Below are positions 61,894 through 64,000 of a stretch of DNA of 64,000 bases, piece after piece. The position numbers and the translations under genes were made by a program. A model generated the notes under the pieces. It saw only the letters and a program-made list of their open reading frames with translations. It searched no databases and was not told the DNA's origin. Source of the DNA: an uncultured Planctomycetota bacterium (GTDB lineage Bacteria > Planctomycetota > Uabimicrobiia > Uabimicrobiales > JABWCH01); contig CAZPDM010000005.1 in NCBI GenBank assembly GCA_964585305.1, positions 36-64,035 on the forward strand. The letters are read 5' to 3'. Each line of letters opens with the position of its first letter. Within the stretch, counting starts at the first letter, position 1.

Positions 61894-62841
61894 ATGCAAA
61901 ATTATCTTGATCAATGCAAAGGTTGTATGTGGGGACTTGCAATTGGTGATGCACTAGGTTTTCCTATTGAATTTAGCCCAATTGATTTAATTCATTCCAG
62001 ATATGGATCATCCGGGATTACAACATTTGTCCAAGCCTTTCCTAATGCTCCATTAGGAATATATTCTGATGATACTGATATGAGTTTAGCAGTCGCACGA
62101 GCATTATTACAAAGCAAAAATCCAAAAGATATAGATAATGTTATGTCAGAAATCGTTCGTGAATTTATAGATTGGGCCAATAATTGTGAAGAAATGCGAG
62201 CTCCAGGGACTACTTGTTTAAATGGATGCGATAATTTAGCAAAAGGAATATCTTGGCAAGAAAGTGGAATCAGGAATTCTAAAGGTTGTGGTGCAGCTAT
62301 GCGTAGTGCACCAATTGGAATATTTTATGAAAATATAGAAGATGTTGTAAAAGTATCGTACGCTACAAGTATTTGTACTCACGCCCATCCTACTGGTATT
62401 GCGTCCGGAATCGCGACTGCAATATGTACATACCTTGGTTTACATCAAGTTCCTTGCGAACAAATGATTCCGCAAACAATACAACTTATTGCTCCGTATG
62501 ATACATTAAAAGAAGTCTCCAGCAAATTGGAACTCGCCTTGAAAATCTTAAATGAACCGCCAAATATAGCTATTCCTAAAATTGGTCAAGGATGGATAGG
62601 AGAAGAAGCAATTGCAATAGCTCTCTATGCTTTTCTTAAAACCCCCCAAGATTATCGTCAAACTGTACTTAATGCTGCAAATATTACTGGAGATTCTGAT
62701 TCAACAGCCTGCATTGCAGGAGCAATTTCCGGAGCATATAATGGTTCAAAAAATATACCCCAAGAATGGATCAATGTTGTAGAAAATACAAACTTAATAT
62801 TAGAGATAGCTACTGCATTACACTCTAAAAGAGTTATATAA
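61894..62841 (+). CDS. ADP-ribosylglycohydrolase family protein
   Basis: GCMWGLAIGDALGFPIEF, YSDDTDMSLAVA, GDSDSTACIAGAISGAYNG...IPQEW. Confidence 0.8.
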   Translation: MQNYLDQCKGCMWGLAIGDALGFPIEFSPIDLIHSRYGSSGITTFVQAFPNAPLGIYSDDTDMSLAVARALLQSKNPKDIDNVMSEIVREFIDWANNCEEMRAPGTTCLNGCDNLAKGISWQESGIRNSKGCGAAMRSAPIGIFYENIEDVVKVSYATSICTHAHPTGIASGIATAICTYLGLHQVPCEQMIPQTIQLIAPYDTLKEVSSKLELALKILNEPPNIAIPKIGQGWIGEEAIAIALYAFLKTPQDYRQTVLNAANITGDSDSTACIAGAISGAYNGSKNIPQEWINVVENTNLILEIATALHSKRVI

Positions 62842-62909
62842 AATATTTTTTATACCCAAAAGAATTTAAAAGTTTGTATACAAAAAAGAAGAAAGAAGGA
62901 AAATCTGAA

Positions 62910-64000
62910 ATGAAAGAAAAAGTGTTTATATTTTTGTATTTTTTTATACTTATTTTTCCTTTGATAGCTTCATCTGATGATATTTATCTTTGGAATCCAT
63001 CTATTCGTTATCGTTTTCCTACCCTGACATACCAAGGAAAAACCTGGGTAAATGGAGAGGTTAAGGCAGATGTAGCAATTAAATCGGTGAATGTTATTCT
63101 CAGTAACTCACGCGGAAGTAAAGAAAGTACGGAATGTACACTTTATTTTTTAGATAGTACCAAACAACAGGCAGTTTTTAAAAATGAAATTACTGTTAAT
63201 CCGCAACTACCATTGATGACAATTGAAGTCATCCATGAAAATAAAACTACCTGCCAAAGAAGTTATATATTGCCCATTTCCTGCACTTCCGCAAATTATG
63301 ATAATTTTGGAGAAATTGTTGCAGTACAACTTTCCAAAGAAACTGTTCGATGTTTAAAATTTAGCAAAGATAATTTATATTTAATTGCTGGATTAGATGA
63401 TGGAACAATAAAAGTTCTGGATCCCTGGACTTTGAAAATTTTAAAAAATTTACGTGGACATGCTAGCAGTGTTCGAGATGTTTTAATTACACGAGATAAC
63501 AAAACTATTGTTTCTTGTAGTACAGATAAAACGATTAAAATATGGGATATTGCTACAGAAAAATGTACGACGACATTAACGGATAAGGAATTCCCGGTTG
63601 AATCTATTGCCTTAAGTCCAGATGAAAAATATTTAGCTAGTGGCTCTCGTTACATTTTGCTATGGGATTTTCCTACACGACAGTTTATAAAAAAAATGAC
63701 GCTTTCATATTTTATGGATATTCGTCCATTAGTATTTAGCCCAGATGGAAAACGATTATTTAGTGGAGATGATCGCAACTCAATCCGCGTTTGGAAAATT
63801 CCAGATGGCTATTATGATAGCTATCGTTATCATGGAAGTAGTATTACTGCAATGACTATTTGCCCTAGTATGCAATATTTATACACTGGAGATAAATCTT
63901 GTTACATGAGACGTTGGCAACTTTTGCTCGATACAAACAATACTTCCTGGGATGGCGAAGAAAAATTATGGGAATTACGAGTCAATATTGATAAATGGAG
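62910..64000 (+). CDS. Secreted WD40-repeat protein (3' end beyond the window)
   Basis: Hand translation from ATG 62910: MKEKVFIFLYFFILIFPLIASSDD..., then WD40 units (GHASSVRDVLITRDNKTIVSCSTDKTIKIWD, LASGSRYILLWD, LFSGDDRNSIRVW). The frame is open to the window end. Confidence 0.7.
   Translation, partial: MKEKVFIFLYFFILIFPLIASSDDIYLWNPSIRYRFPTLTYQGKTWVNGEVKADVAIKSVNVILSNSRGSKESTECTLYFLDSTKQQAVFKNEITVNPQLPLMTIEVIHENKTTCQRSYILPISCTSANYDNFGEIVAVQLSKETVRCLKFSKDNLYLIAGLDDGTIKVLDPWTLKILKNLRGHASSVRDVLITRDNKTIVSCSTDKTIKIWDIATEKCTTTLTDKEFPVESIALSPDEKYLASGSRYILLWDFPTRQFIKKMTLSYFMDIRPLVFSPDGKRLFSGDDRNSIRVWKIPDGYYDSYRYHGSSITAMTICPSMQYLYTGDKSCYMRRWQLLLDTNNTSWDGEEKLWELRVNIDKW

Noticed and set aside
1-64000. 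CRISPR arrays, prophage or transposon content, integrases, toxin-antitoxin pairs and known anti-phage defence genes.
   Set aside because: I saw no regularly spaced direct repeats, no transposase, integrase or recombinase motifs, no terminal inverted repeats bounding a block, and no recognisable defence-system domains. The only tandem DNA repeat is the 45-bp in-frame duplication at 50805..50894.

Overview
Visibly AT-rich chromosomal segment from a diderm bacterium. The evidence for a diderm is an Omp85/BamA protein, FadL-like and DUF481-like outer-membrane barrels, LspA, lipobox lipoproteins and a PEP-CTERM tail. The gene content resembles PVC/Planctomycetota-type genomes (many Hanks kinases, a kinase-FGE fusion, Zn-ribbon microproteins, an orphan ribosomal gene), but the taxon cannot be fixed from sequence alone. 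I recognised no rRNA, tRNA, CRISPR array, transposase, integrase or known defence gene.

Main blocks:
1. 0.1-3.4 kb: a pseudokinase/FGE-like fusion preceded by an untracked 48-aa Zn-ribbon ORF, divergent from a PEP-CTERM C-type lectin.
2. 3.5-23.9 kb: four head-to-tail, intact, diverged paralogs (~1,680 aa each) of a single-pass membrane Ser/Thr kinase with a huge helical-repeat C-terminal region. Each junction carries a stem-loop.
3. 23.9-31.2 kb (minus strand): seven exported proteins, six with LPP20/FlgP-like modules and one FG-GAP-like repeat protein.
4. 32-36.8 kb (minus strand): Nudix-like, pseB, pseC, TIM-barrel and insertion-bearing lspA.
5. 36.9-47.1 kb: assorted envelope and housekeeping genes (MEMO-like with an RRE-like N-terminus, ppiB, PAP2, exported SAM hydrolase-like, large FadL-like OMP, M49-like peptidase, BamA).
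6. 47.4-51.4 kb: MshEN-like protein, an HU-REC-anti-sigma-kinase fusion, and a C2-like/coiled-coil/acidic-repeat protein.
7. An orphan rplC.
8. 52.8-58.8 kb: a 1,218-aa Hsp70/actin-fold ATPase followed by two paralogous lipoproteins and a DUF481-like barrel.
9. An atypical REC-TPR protein, a CPA2 antiporter, an ADP-ribosylglycohydrolase and a partial WD40 protein.

The best candidates for undescribed systems are blocks 2, 3 and 8. All functional calls rest on motif recognition by eye. Hairpin coordinates were hand-counted and may be off by 1-2 nt.
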